Translations under genes and position numbers: made by a program
The notes under the pieces: model-generated
Seen by the model: the letters and a program-made list of their open reading frames with translations, nothing else
What the model was told of the DNA's origin: nothing
Database searches by the model: none
Part shown: positions 32,111-44,219 of the stretch, piece by piece
Position numbering within the stretch: the stretch's first letter is position 1
Layout of the letters: every line of letters begins with the position of its first letter
DNA from: Eledone cirrhosa
Lineage: Eukaryota
Direction of reading: 5' to 3'
Assembly: GCA_964016885.1 (NCBI GenBank)
Contig: OZ024743.1
Span: forward strand, 167,462,001 to 167,526,000
DNA: 64,000 bases

Positions 32111-35100
32111 GTTCTTTGAGTCACAGTCATTGATGTTAGTTAACTGGAAAGTTTGTTGAAATGAATATCAAGCCCGTACCTGCAGCCTCAGATATTCAGG
32201 ACGTATCGGAGGGTTCTTGCTGTCCCCAGCAAGCATGCCTTTTGAAGCGTTCCAAAAAGCGTGGAGGGGCCAATTTTCTTTAACTATCCCTGGAAACTTT
32301 TTGATATAGTACCTAGTGCGCCTATGACAATCGGGACCACTTTGACTTCATGGCAGTTCCAAATCCTTTTTACCTCCCACTTTAAGTCCTGGTATCGGTT
32401 AATTTTCTCCCTCTCCTTCTCTTGCAGTCTCGTGTCGAATGGGCAGGCCACATCCACAATCAGGTACGATCTTTTTTCTTTGTCAGGTCTATTGTGTTCC
32501 AGTTTCTTGTCCGTCTGTATCCTAAAATCCCACAGCACCTTCACCTGATCGTTTTCTATCACCGACTCTGGCTTATGCTCATACCACTTCTCAGAATGTG
32601 GTAAATTGTTTACTTTGCATAGGTGCCAGTGGATCACCCTGCCCATCACATCATGTCTCCAGCCCTTAAGTGAGTCTGGGCTAGGTGTTTACACTCGGAT
32701 ACAATGTGAGCCACAGTCTCCTCTCTCTCTCCACAGATCCTGCGCAGTGGGCTAGCCTTCTCCTTGTAAATATGGTGTTTCAACCACTTCGTTTTGAGGG
32801 CCTGCTCCTGCGCAGCCATTAACATTCCTTCTGTAGCCTTTTTAACCACTTCCATGTCTGTGGATCTCTGAATTCAGTTTTCTCAAAGAAGGTACTATGA
32901 AGGGATTTTTCCTGAAGGCTGCTCTTTCTCCTTGATGTTATTTCCTCCTTGGACATCCCCTGGTCTATTGTCCCCTCCTTCAGTACAGTTCTGAGCATTG
33001 GCTCCTTACTATCAATCACGTATTTGTGTAGGTTGTTTTTCTCCATCTGAACACAGTCCTCTATGCTGATAAGACCTCTTCCACCTTTAGATCTCCTTAA
33101 GTAGAGTCTATCGACATCACTCCTCTTGTGGAACATGTTGTAGATAGTCAATAGCTTCCTAGTCTTCCTATCCATTTCTTTTTGTTAAGCAACATTCCAT
33201 CTCAGAATTCCCGCACTGTACCTAATAATAGCCACAGCTCGGGAATTTACTGCACTTATGGCATTCCTACTGTTCAGATCTGACTTTAATACGCTCCTTA
33301 CTCTCCGAATGTATTCAGTTCTTATCAATTTCTTCATTTTTTTTGTTCTTGATGTCATCAACCTCCAGAACACCCAAATACTTGTATCCCTCTTCAGTGT
33401 CAATTTCCTTTATCATCTCACCCGTTGGTACCTGGATTCCGTTGCTTCTGCTCAATTTACCCCTCTTCATCACAAGGACTCCACACTTACTAATACCAAA
33501 TTGCATACATATATCATTGCTGAAAATACGGACAGTGTCAACAAGCACATCCAACTCCTTCTCACTCTTCCCGAAGAGCTTAAGATCGTCCATGAGGAGG
33601 AGGTGATTGATGGTAAGCTCTCCCTTTCCTAACTTGTATCCTGATCTCACTTTTCGCAGTATAATGGTCAGGGGCATCAGGGCAAGGACAAACAACAGAG
33701 GGGACAGACTATCTCCCTGGAAGATACCTCTCTTGATCTTCACGCTTCCCAATGATTCTCCAGTTGATGTTAACTCTGTTTCCCAGGAGTTCATACTTTT
33801 GCCCAACAACTGTCTGATGTTATCTGCCACCTTGAAGATATCCAGGCTTTTGGTGATCCAAGAATGAGGCACCATGTCAAATGCCTTTTTGTAGTCTATC
33901 CATCCCATGGCAAGACCAGTGTGTCTCCTCTTGCAATTCATCATTACCATCTTATCAATAAGTAACTGGTCCTTTGTACCACGTGACTTCTTTCGGCATC
34001 CTTTCTGTTCGTCCGGTAACAAGTTGTTTGTGTGGAGGTGATGGTAGATTTCCTCAAACATAATGCTTGTCAACAGTTTCCACATTACGGACAGACATGT
34101 GATAGGTCTATAGTTGGTAACATCATTACCCTTAATTCGGTCTTTCATTATCAGAACTGCGGTACCTTTTGTCAACCACTCTGGTACCTCACCTGACCTC
34201 AAGCAGTCATTGAACATGGTTGTCAGTTTCGGGTGGAGGGATGTTTTTTATTTTTATCCAATACCCCTGCACACCATCTGGGCCTGGTGATTTCCAGTTG
34301 GTTAGTTTTTTGGCCTGCCCCTTAAGAGTTTCAACTGTGATACTCAAATAGGTTTATTGGTGTGCCTGTTCACTGATCTCCTTCTGTACTGTCTCAATCC
34401 ACACTGCCTGGTCATTATGTTTAACATCCTGCTCCCATATTCCTCTCCAGAATGTTTTAGTTTGTTCCGCCTCAGGGATCAAATCGTTACCTCTTTCTTT
34501 CCCTTCAAGCTGTCCAAACAGCATCTTCTGGTTGTTGTCGAACATGCGGTTCTGTCTATACTGACTGACTCTGTTCTCGTATCGCCTAATTTTTGAACTC
34601 TTTGCTACAATGCGTTGCTTCAGTTCCTCTATGGTAGTATTTAGCTTTTTCCTCCTAGTTTTGTACTTTATTTCCAGTCTATTTTTAGTGTCTATGTTTT
34701 TTAGTGTCCCATTCAGTAGGGACTCAAGCTTTCCAATGTCATTTCTCATTTCCCTGATTTGACTACTCAGTCGTTTCTTCCACCAAGGCTCTGATCTTTC
34801 TTGTTTGTTGTTTCCTCTCGCTTTTATACCAAGTAGTTTCCTCACCGTATTTGCTGTTGCTTTGAGGATATTGTTGCACTGGTGAAGGCTCCTCGCCTCA
34901 AGGTATGGGATAACTTTGTTTACCTTAGCTGTTGTTTCTTTTAACTTTTTCCTGTCTACAAATCTTAGGTTCATAAGTTTCCCACTATCATTGTTCAATT
35001 CATCTACCACTAAGTTTAGGATATCAACCAAATCTTGTCCTAGCCCGTCACCATTCATCTCCTCAATGGCCGTATCTCTCTCTGTTCCAGGTATTATTTA

Positions 35101-35949
35101 TCTCAGCATTCAGATCATTGTCTGCTTCGGATGGTTGCTCCGTTCTCTCGACCTCTTCACCTGGCTCGTTTGCCTGGCATACTCCACTCTCCATTTCCAA
35201 CCTAATCTCTCTGCTCAGTTCCTCCAGTTCCAGCTCGCTTATCCACCCATTAGTTCTTATTACCCGAGCCTGCCCGGCCAATTTTTGTTCATCTAATTTA
35301 AATAGACCAATCTCGTTCCAGATGTTATGCATCCTTTTCCTATAGCCTTTCTACTTGGGGTTACTCTTCAGGTAACATTGCATAACAGTTCTATTCAATT
35401 CTTTCGTCCAGTTGGTTCTGGTCCCTTTCCTTCTTCTTCTTCCTCCGATACCAGCAGTATTTGGTTGACAGCCAGGTCCCTGCTGCTGAGCCAGGCAGCA
35501 CCTGTTGGGTGAGAGTCTGTCACATGACATTCTAGTCTCCATTTCACCGTTATTCGAACTGTTTAGGTTCGACATTTAAACACTCTTATCGAGGATTGGC
35601 GAATGTATGGTTACATAACCACCGGTGATTTCATCACCTCCGGTAATTTCGTCACTCCCGGTGATTTTTGTGTGGCATTATCACGCTGTAGACGAACATA
35701 AATAAACAAACAAACAAACAGGCAAAAAACCCCCAAAAATGAATAAGCATAAGTTTCATTGTAATGTAATGTTTGAATGTCTGACTTAGTTTTTCTCTTC
35801 CCTTCTCTGTCCGTCTGTTTGTTTTTATCTTCATTTTTCTTTTCTTTACGTTTTTCGTTGTTGCTGTGCTGCTTTGATTTTGATTTTTGGTTTTTTGATT
35901 TTGACCGGGTCATCAATTCAGTCTATTTATATATTTTGATGCCTTCCTC
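32111..35949 (-). mobile_element. Near full-length R4/Dong-type non-LTR retrotransposon (RT plus restriction-like endonuclease) in (TAA)n; ORF about 35575-32188, disrupted
   Basis: YRPITCL, DYKKAFD, RGIFQGDSLSPLLF, LMDDLKL, YKYLG; RICGEREETVAHIVSEC; RPD..IVDVACPFD..EK; microsatellite flanks fit known Dong (TAA)n targeting. Confidence 0.92.
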
Positions 35950-35968
35950 TTATTATTATTATTATTAT

Positions 35969-36152
35969 TTTAATGGGCTTTCTCCACAAATGTCCCTTGG
36001 AAGTCTCCCCCCTATTGGGGAATTTTTCTTTGTTATTTTATTTCAACCTCTGTTTTTTTTACACGCAGAAATGCCCATTTGTACCGTCCTGTATTGTCCT
36101 GTACTGTCCTTAATGTCTACTTTATGTGAACCCTTGTGGTTAATAAAGAAAA

Positions 36153-36153
<1 letters not shown>
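35969..36153 (+). mobile_element. 3' UTR-only fragment of the Tx1-type family (copy C)
   Basis: Near identical to about 31764-31947; (ATT)n on both sides. Confidence 0.9.
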
Positions 36154-36243
<90 letters not shown>

Positions 36244-36249
36244 GTTATT

Positions 36250-37346
36250 GTTATTCCTTGAATCTCAGTCATTGATGTTGGTTAACTGGAAAGTCCGTTG
36301 GATTGAATATCAAGCCACTACCTGCAGCCTCAGATATTCAGGACGTATCGGAGGGTTCTTGCCGTTCCAAGCAAGCATGCCTTTTGAAGCGTTCCAAAAA
36401 GCGTGAAGGGGCCGATTTTCTTTAACCATCCCTGGAAACCTTTGGAGATAGTCCCCAGTGCGCCTATGACAATCGGGATCACTTTGACTTCATGGCAGTT
36501 CCAAATCCTTTTCACCTCCCACTTTAGGTCCTGGTATCGGTTAATTTTCTCCCTCTCCTTCTCTTGCACTCTCGTGTCGAACGGGCAGGCCACATCCACA
36601 ATCAGGCACGATCTTTTTTCTTTGTCCACAACCACCAGGTCAGGTCTATTGTGTTCCAGTTTTTTGTCCGTCTGTATCCTAAAATCCCACAGCACCTTCA
36701 CCTGACTGTTCTCCATCACCGCCTCTGGCCTATGCTCATACCATTTCTCAGAATGTGGTAGATTGTTTACTTTGCACAGGTGCCAGTGGATCACCCTGCC
36801 CATCACATCGTGTCTCCAGCCCTTATAGTGGGTCTGGGCTAGGTGTTTACACTCGGACACAATGTGAGCCACAGTCTCCTCTCTCTCTCCACAGATCCTG
36901 CACAGTGGGCTAGCCTCCTCCTTGTAGATATGGTGCTTCAACCACTTCGTTTTGAGGGCCTGCTCCTGCGCAGCCATTAGCATTCCTTCTGTAGCCTTTT
37001 TGAGGTCTCCTCTTCTCAACCAGTTCCATGTCTGTGGATCTCTAAATTCAGTTTTCTCAAAGAAGGTACTATGAAGGGATTTTCCCTTAAGGCTGCTCTT
37101 CCTCCTTGATGTTATTTCCTCCTTGGGTATCCCCTGGCCTACTGTCCCCTCCTTCAGTACAGCTCTGAGCATTGGCTCCTTACTATAGGTCACGTATTTG
37201 TATAGGTTGTTTTTCTCCATCTGAACACAGTCCTCTATGCTGATAAGACCTCTTCCACCCTCAGATCTCCTTAGGTAGAGTCTATCGACATCACTCCTCT
37301 TGTGGAACATGTTGTAGATAGTCAATAGCTTCCTAGTCTTCCTATC

Positions 37347-37349
<3 letters not shown>
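36250..37349 (-). mobile_element. 5'-truncated R4/Dong copy with an open C-terminal frame (zinc finger plus RLE)
   Basis: ORF 36330-37349: CRICGEREETVAHIVSEC, RHD, RPDLVVVD, DVACPFD, KINRYQDL; starts directly at the microsatellite. Confidence 0.92.
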
Positions 37350-37413
<64 letters not shown>

Positions 37414-38038
37414 CAGAGCGATTGCCGGTCCAGCAAAAATAGAAAATTAGAATTGGTGCTCTGAAATAGCGATGTATACATGAATGTATAGTATATTTGG
37501 CAATATACTGTTTGTTTAATTAAAAACATTTTGAAGACCTAGCACTATTAATTTAAAGTAGTGCCTATGTCACTTACTTCATTTTTTCAACTAACAAAGG
37601 GAGATAAGCTGACAGATCTGTTTCACACTGTTGGTGAACATCAAAGCTTAGCACTCACGGATGTCTGTTGAAAATTATATATGCTGGATTCTTATAGCCT
37701 TCCAGTAATAATCAGGAACTGATTATACAGAGCGATTGCCGGCCCAGCAAAAATTGAAAATTAGGATTGGTGCTCTGAAATAGCGATGTATATATGAATA
37801 TATGTATAGTATATTTGGCAATATACTGTATGCTTAATTAAAAACATTTTGAAGACCTTGCGCTATTAATTTAATGTAGTGACTATGTCACTTACTTCTT
37901 CTTTTAACAAATGAATATATCTATAGTATATTTAGCTATATACTGTATGCTTAATTAAAAATATTTTGAAGACCTTGCGCTACTATTTTAAAGTAGTGAC
38001 TATGTCACTTACTTCTTTTTTCAACAAACAAAGGGAGG

Positions 38039-38084
38039 TAAGCTGACAGATCTATTTCACACTGTTGGTGATCATCAGAGCTTA
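38039..38084 (-). ncRNA. Type I HHR, array unit 2 (core intact, U-G wobble in stem III)
   Basis: TAAGCT-CTGATGA-tCAC(caaca)GTGt-GAAA-TAGATCTG-TC-AGCTTA. Confidence 0.8.
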
Positions 38085-38352
38085 ATACTCGCCGATGTCT
38101 GTTGAAAATTATAGATGCTGGATTCTTATAGAATTCCACTAATAATCAGGAACTGATTATTCAGAGCGATTGCCTGTCCAGCAAATATTGAAAATTAGGA
38201 TTGATGCTCTGAAATGGCGATGTATACATGAATATATGTATAGTATATTTGGCAATATACTGTATGCTTAATTAAAAATATTTTGAAGACCTTGCGCTAC
38301 TATTTTAAAGTAGTGACTATCTCACTTCTTTTTTTCTACAAATGAAGGGAGA

Positions 38353-38398
38353 AAAGCTGACAGATCTGTTTCACACTGTTGGTGATCATCAGAGCTTA
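38353..38398 (-). ncRNA. Canonical type I HHR, array unit 3
   Basis: AAGCT-CTGATGA-tCAC(caaca)GTGt-GAAA-CAGATCTG-TC-AGCTT; GUC cleavage triplet. Confidence 0.88.
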
Positions 38399-39180
38399 GC
38401 ACTCGGCGATGTCTGTTGAAAATTATATATGCTGGATTCTTATAGAATTCCAGTAATAATAAGGAACTGATTATACAGAGCGATTGCCGGTCCAGCAAAA
38501 ATTGAAAATTAGGATTGATGCTCTGAAATAGCGATGTATATATAAATATGCGTATACTATATTTGGCAATATACTGTATGCTTAATTAAAAACATTTTGA
38601 AGACCTTGCGCTACTAAATGGCGATGTATACATGAATATATGTATAGTATATTTGGCACTATATTGTATGCTTAATTAAAAACATTTTGAAGATCTTGCT
38701 CTACTATTTTAAAGTAGTGATTATGTCAATTGATTATCAACAAACAAAGGGGGATAAGCTGACAGATCTTTTTCACACTGTTGGTGATCATGAGACCTTA
38801 GCACTCGCTGATATCTGTTGAAAATTAAAGATGCTGGATTCCTATAGACTTCCAGTAATATCAGGAACTGATTATACAGAGCGATTGCCGGTCCAGCAAA
38901 TATTGAAAATTAGGATTGGTGCTCTGAAATAGCGATGTATATATGAATATATGTATAGTATATTTGGCAATATACTGTATGCTTAATTAAAAACATTTTG
39001 AAGACCTTGCGCTATTACTTTAATGTAGTGACTATGTCACTTGTTTTTTTAACAAACGAATATATCTATAGTATATTTAGCAATATACTGTATGTTTAAT
39101 TAAAAAACATATTGAAGACCTTGCGCTATTATTTTAAAGTACTGAATATGTCACTTACTTCTTTTTTCAACAAAGGGAGA

Positions 39181-39226
39181 TAAGCTGACAGATCTGTTTC
39201 ACACTGTTGGTGATCATCAGAGCTTA
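39181..39226 (-). ncRNA. Canonical type I HHR, array unit 5
   Basis: TAAGCT-CTGATGA-tCAC(caaca)GTGt-GAAA-CAGATCTG-TC-AGCTTA. Confidence 0.9.
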
Positions 39227-39410
39227 GCATTCACCGATGTCTGTTGAAAATTATATATGCTGGATTCTTATAGACTTCCAGTAATAATCAGGAACTGATT
39301 ATACAGAGCTATTGCCGGCCCAGCAAAAATTGAAAATCAGGATTGGTGCTCTGAATTGGGTTTCTCTTGAATTTAAGGTTTCTTATAACATTAGTTAATT
39401 CTTCCTGGTA

Positions 39411-42400
39411 AATCTGAATTCACCAAACTTCTGATTGAAAAAACTGACTCCTTTATGAGAAGGCTTTGATGGATAGCTTTTTTCCACGACCAGCGCCAAA
39501 AAGGAAATTTCTATACTAAGGAACATAACTTTCTTGATCATTTATTTAACTCTAGAACAAATCCTGCAGTTCGAGGAAGAATTAACTAATATTATAAGAA
39601 ACCTTAAATTCAAGAGAGGACAAGAGCACCTTGTAAATCTCAGGAATACGATTTTAAACCTTAATTCCTCTAAACATGTCTTAGTCAACTCCGACAAAAC
39701 TAATAATTTATATGGTGTATCTAGGGATAACTATAATAACCTTATCCTTAAGGAACTAAGGAAGAACTATCGTAAAACTAACCATGACAATTTGGAATCT
39801 ATAAACTTTGAAGCTTCTGAGATTATGTCAAAACTTGGCATTGAAAAAAGACCGAACCATTCCTCCCAAGAACTCCGAGGATAAATCTCAAGGATCATAA
39901 AAGTAATTTTCGAACGGAACTACCTGTTAGACTAATCGCCCCCTCTAAATCAGATCTGGGGGTTGTTAGTAAAGCCATCTTGTATAGAATTATCACACAG
40001 GTTCGTTCTAATTGCTCTATTTCTAACTTAAATTTATGGTTTGGTACAACTGAATAATTCGCTGGTTCAACAACCTGAATAAGAAAAAAAAAAAAAATTT
40101 ATTCAATTTGATATTGCCAGCTACTATTCTTCTATTTCGCCTTCACTTCTCAACAATGCTCTATCTTTCGCATTTAAATATTCTGACATCACCACAGATG
40201 AACTTCATATCATTCTCACCGCAACAAAAACCATCTTAGAATTCAACAATGAATACTGGACTAGAGCCGATACTTCCAACAACTTTGATATCACAATGGG
40301 TGCTTCCGATTCATCGCAATTGACTGATTTGATCGGTATTTTTATTTTGAATTCTTTAAATCGGAAAATTCCTCAACTTCGCAGTGGAATTTATCGTGAC
40401 GTTGGACTTTTTACTATCTTAAATTGCAATTTAGTTAACCTTAATATTATTAAGAACAATATAGGTGATCTCTTTAAGCAACATAACCTTAAGATCGAAT
40501 TTGATAACAACATCAAACTAGCTAACTTCTTGGATATATCCCTTAATCTTGACACTGGCCTATATTACCCTTACCATAAAAACAATGAAAATCTAAATTA
40601 TGTTAATTTTAAATCTAACCACCCCACTAACATTAAAAATGCTATAGTTAGTAATATTGGAAAAAGAATATCAAACCTATCATCTAATAAAAATATCTTT
40701 GATGCTAATGCCAATTACTATAATAATGCGCTTTCTAAAGCCAGTTATCCTGATAAAATTAAATACAATAAAGAAACCAATCCTAGAAGGTCTAACAGTA
40801 AAATAATTAATTATGATCATTCCAATAACTTAAATAAAAGACCAAGATACAAAAATATAATCTGGTATAATGCTCCTTTCTCTATTTCTATTAATAATAA
40901 TATTCCTAAACTATTCTTTAGGGTCTTAGATAAATGCTTCCCTCCCTCACATATCTATAGTAAAATCTTTAACAAACATACAATAAAAGTTTCCTATTCC
41001 ACCTCCTCCAACATCTCTAACATTATCTCTAAACACAACAATAAAATATTAAATATTAAATCACAATCTTCCAACACTGAGCGTCATAATAATAGCAGTA
41101 GTACTCCCGACATCATTGTTAACTCTAGGCTAGATTCTGCAAACTCAAATACGACGTCAAACGTAACTTCGTTGAATGTTCATAATACCAATCTAAATCA
41201 GGAAACTATTATTCCTATCGTAAATAACTTCTCCAATCCAATTCCTCCTATAAATAACAGTAGGTCACTTGTTAATAACTCTGTTAATTTCTCTAATCGC
41301 AATTGTAATTGCCCTGTTAGAACTAAATGTCCTCTCAATAACCATTGTCTTGATAAAAACTTAGTCTATGAATGTAAGGTTATAACTGATACCAATTCCT
41401 TTACCTATTTCGGTTCCACTTCCACCTCCTTCAAAGCTAGATTTTATAATCACAATTCGTCTTTTAAATACCAACTTAAAAGAACTAACACGGCACTCTC
41501 AGAACTCATATGGTCCTTGAAAGTCAAAAATATTAACTATAACATCTCTTGGAGATCTTTCTTCATATCATTGGCCATAAAAATTATTATTATTTTTTTA
41601 ATACATTATAGTATTACCTTTAATAGTCCTTCGTAAACATAAACATTTTTTTTAACGTTAGATTTTTCCTCCTTAAATTCCTTATCTCTTCCTTTCATGC
41701 TCGTTTGACTTTTACATATTACAATACATAAAAACTAACTAATTTCTTTTAATATATTATATTATTACGATTAGAAAATATTTCGTAAACATATATTTTT
41801 TGATGTTAGATATTTTCTTCCTTAAACATTCTTTTCTTCTTTGCTTTCTGCGCTCACTTTTAAACAAACTATTTACGTACATATATTACGCACACATATT
41901 ACATTACATAAAAACAAATTTAAACACTAACTAATTCCTCTAAATTCATAACTCATTCATTCTTCTACTTCTTTTCGCATTATATCCTTAATAACATTAA
42001 TATTTTTATTTTAATAATACATATTAATAATTTCTTTTCCTCGCACATATTATTAAACCCTTCAATATACAAACCTTAATTTAATATTATTCTTAATCCC
42101 TTTTTCTCTTCATGCATAAACCTCAATAACTTTTAATTTCAAATTCTTTTAAATTATCTATTATCTTCCAACGGCTTTTTAACTTCTCTCTGTGAGACAA
42201 TATATTTTTTTTTCTCAGTAGTAAAGGCTATCTCTCTTTCTCTATCACCCATCTCTCCTCTCTCATCCTTCCTTCTTATACTCCTCCCCCACCATTCTTT
42301 ACTCTCATCTCCTCCTCTTCCTTACCTTTTCCAACCCCCCTCACTTTTTCCCAATCTCATACATCAATCTTAAATTATTTTTCATATGTTGATTTAAAAC

Positions 42401-42540
42401 TTCACTATTCACAAGTGTTTTTTAAGCTTCATATCATGTATCCCTATTTTATCTGATGAAAACGCAGATATCATCCCATGATGATATTTGTTTTTGAAAT
42501 GTGCATAATAAAATACTTGGAACTCTTTTAACCATCTTTT
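39411..42540 (+). mobile_element. Near full-length decayed PLE (ORF about 39411-41555, long 3' region, terminal HHR)
   Basis: N-terminal LLIEKTDSFMRRL*W, VNSDKTNNLY, LKDHK, FIQFDI, MGASDSS, IYRDVGL (second catalytic Asp lost), IIWYNAPFS, CNC..CPL, YFGST; followed by (TA)n. Confidence 0.9.
42445..42515 (+). ncRNA. Type I HHR at the PLE 3' terminus
   Basis: TATTTTAT-CTGATGA-aaacGCAGATATCATC(ccat)GATGATATTTGTtttt-GAAA-TGTGCA-TA-ATAAAATA. Confidence 0.88.
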
Positions 42541-42543
42541 GAT

Positions 42544-42696
<153 letters not shown>

Positions 42697-42892
42697 GTAT
42701 ATATATGTATGTATATATATATGTGTATGTATGTATATATATATATATATATATATATGTAGATAAATCTACCAAGAGTTTACGGTAGTGTCCAATCCGT
42801 ATGAAGAACTCAATGTAGTCCGGATATCATGGAAAGAAGAGATGCAATGAAAAATCACTTTCGGTGAAAGATAAACGGAATACAGAGTCAAG

Positions 42893-43317
42893 ATAAAATA
42901 TTAAAAAAATAATGAATAAAACAATGAAACAGTTCCTTATATTAAACAAAAAAAGTTCATTATTTAACGATCGTTTCTAGGACATATATGTGTTAGAATT
43001 GGCATGCATATTCAACAGATCTATGTACAAAATTATACAAAATTATACAAACTATCAAGATTAAATATACATACCAAACACACATATATGCCGTCTTCAG
43101 AAATAATTTCTGAAGACGGCATATATGTGTGTTTGGTATGTATATTTAATCTTGATAGTTTGTATAATTTTGTATAATTTTGTACATAGATCTGTTGAAT
43201 ATGCATGCCAATTCTAACACATATATGTCCTAGAAACGATCGTTAAATAATGAACTTTTTTTGTTTAATATAAGGAACTGTTTCATTGTTTTATTCATTA
43301 TTTTTTTAATATTTTAT
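42893..43317. repeat. Palindrome with 212-bp arms and 1-nt spacer (43105) carrying two divergent long-stem-II HHRs (42959-43107 minus; 43103-43251 plus)
   Basis: Arms appear to be exact reverse complements; homologous to 3337-3550. Confidence 0.9.
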
Positions 43318-43323
43318 TTTTAA

Positions 43324-43405
<82 letters not shown>

Positions 43406-43705
43406 CTATATGCGTGTGTAATTTATACAAGCATATATTTATTTTTTTATTTTCAATTGAGTTCTTAAACACGTCGGATTGATAATGTTTTCAAAAAAAC
43501 TAATTAACCCGCGTGTATATTATTTTTTTCCCTCATTTCGTGGGTTGTCTCCCCTTCCCGCTTCGTGTGGCTATGATACTTACTCAGTCAAAAACAGCTG
43601 GAATTTCAAATTTGGCGGTCATTCGAGGTGGGAGAGAGCTACTGTACGGACATGATTTTTGACAGCGGTAAGAAATTTGTTTTCTTATATCAATGTTTAA
43701 TGGGC

Positions 43706-43831
43706 TTCCACTGACGATTTATAAGTGCCCACCTAAATATATTCTTACATGAATATATATTAGGCTTCTACATAAACTGGAAACATTCTCCCAAACTTGT
43801 AGAAAACTTATAATGAAACAATTGTTTGGAA
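43706..43831 (+). ncRNA. Type I HHR with branched stem II, in pLTR fragment at about 43695-44018
   Basis: TTCCA-CTGACGA-tTTATAAGT[CCTAAATATATTC/GAATATATATTAGG][TTCTACA/TGTAGAA]ACTTATAAt-GAAA-CAATTG-TT-TGGAA. Confidence 0.85.
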
Positions 43832-44219
43832 AGAGAGATATACTTTAACTTTAATTATATCTCATAAAATAATACAACTGGTTTTTCCACATTATACATA
43901 TTGTTAGCACCCAAACACTTAAATTGGGTTTATATTTTAATATAACCTAATGTTTGTTGAGTGAGATGGTTACCAGTCAGAGTTTAGCTTTAAACTATCT
44001 CTGTTATTGTATTAATTATATATATATATATATATAGTTAGGGAAGCAGGAAATTGCTTATTGTGATTCAGTTCGTGGTTAAGAAAGCCAGTTTCATGGA
44101 TGGTTTCAACGTACGGTTAGGGGTAACTCCACAAGTTTGTAAGAATTCCGTTCAATCTTGGAGTATAAAGTATAAAAGAGAAAACACAGGTAAGCATTAT
44201 GAGAAGGATTTTATCCAGG

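Larger units (their letters stand above)
37407..39357 (-). repeat. Tandem array of a ~314-bp non-coding unit, each with one type I HHR (retrozyme-like)
   Basis: Five HHR sites at 37605-37650, 38039-38084, 38353-38398, 38755-38800 and 39181-39226 (spacing 434, 314, 402, 426; longer units have internal duplications); no ORF. Confidence 0.88.

Noticed and set aside
36330-37529. 399-aa ORF with a poly-Ile stretch as a domesticated membrane-anchored nuclease
   Set aside because: The N-terminus is chance read-through from the array end and (ATA)n into a truncated Dong.
37719-37785. Second, plus-strand HHR in the array unit (CTGATTA...GCTCTGAAA)
   Set aside because: G8 is absent, CTGATTA pairs with upstream TAATCAG, and stems I and III are missing; no ambisense ribozyme is claimed.
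37407-39357. Possible CRISPR array or plain satellite
   Set aside because: Whole units repeat with no unique spacers and there are no cas genes; conserved HHR and helices favour a structured-RNA element.
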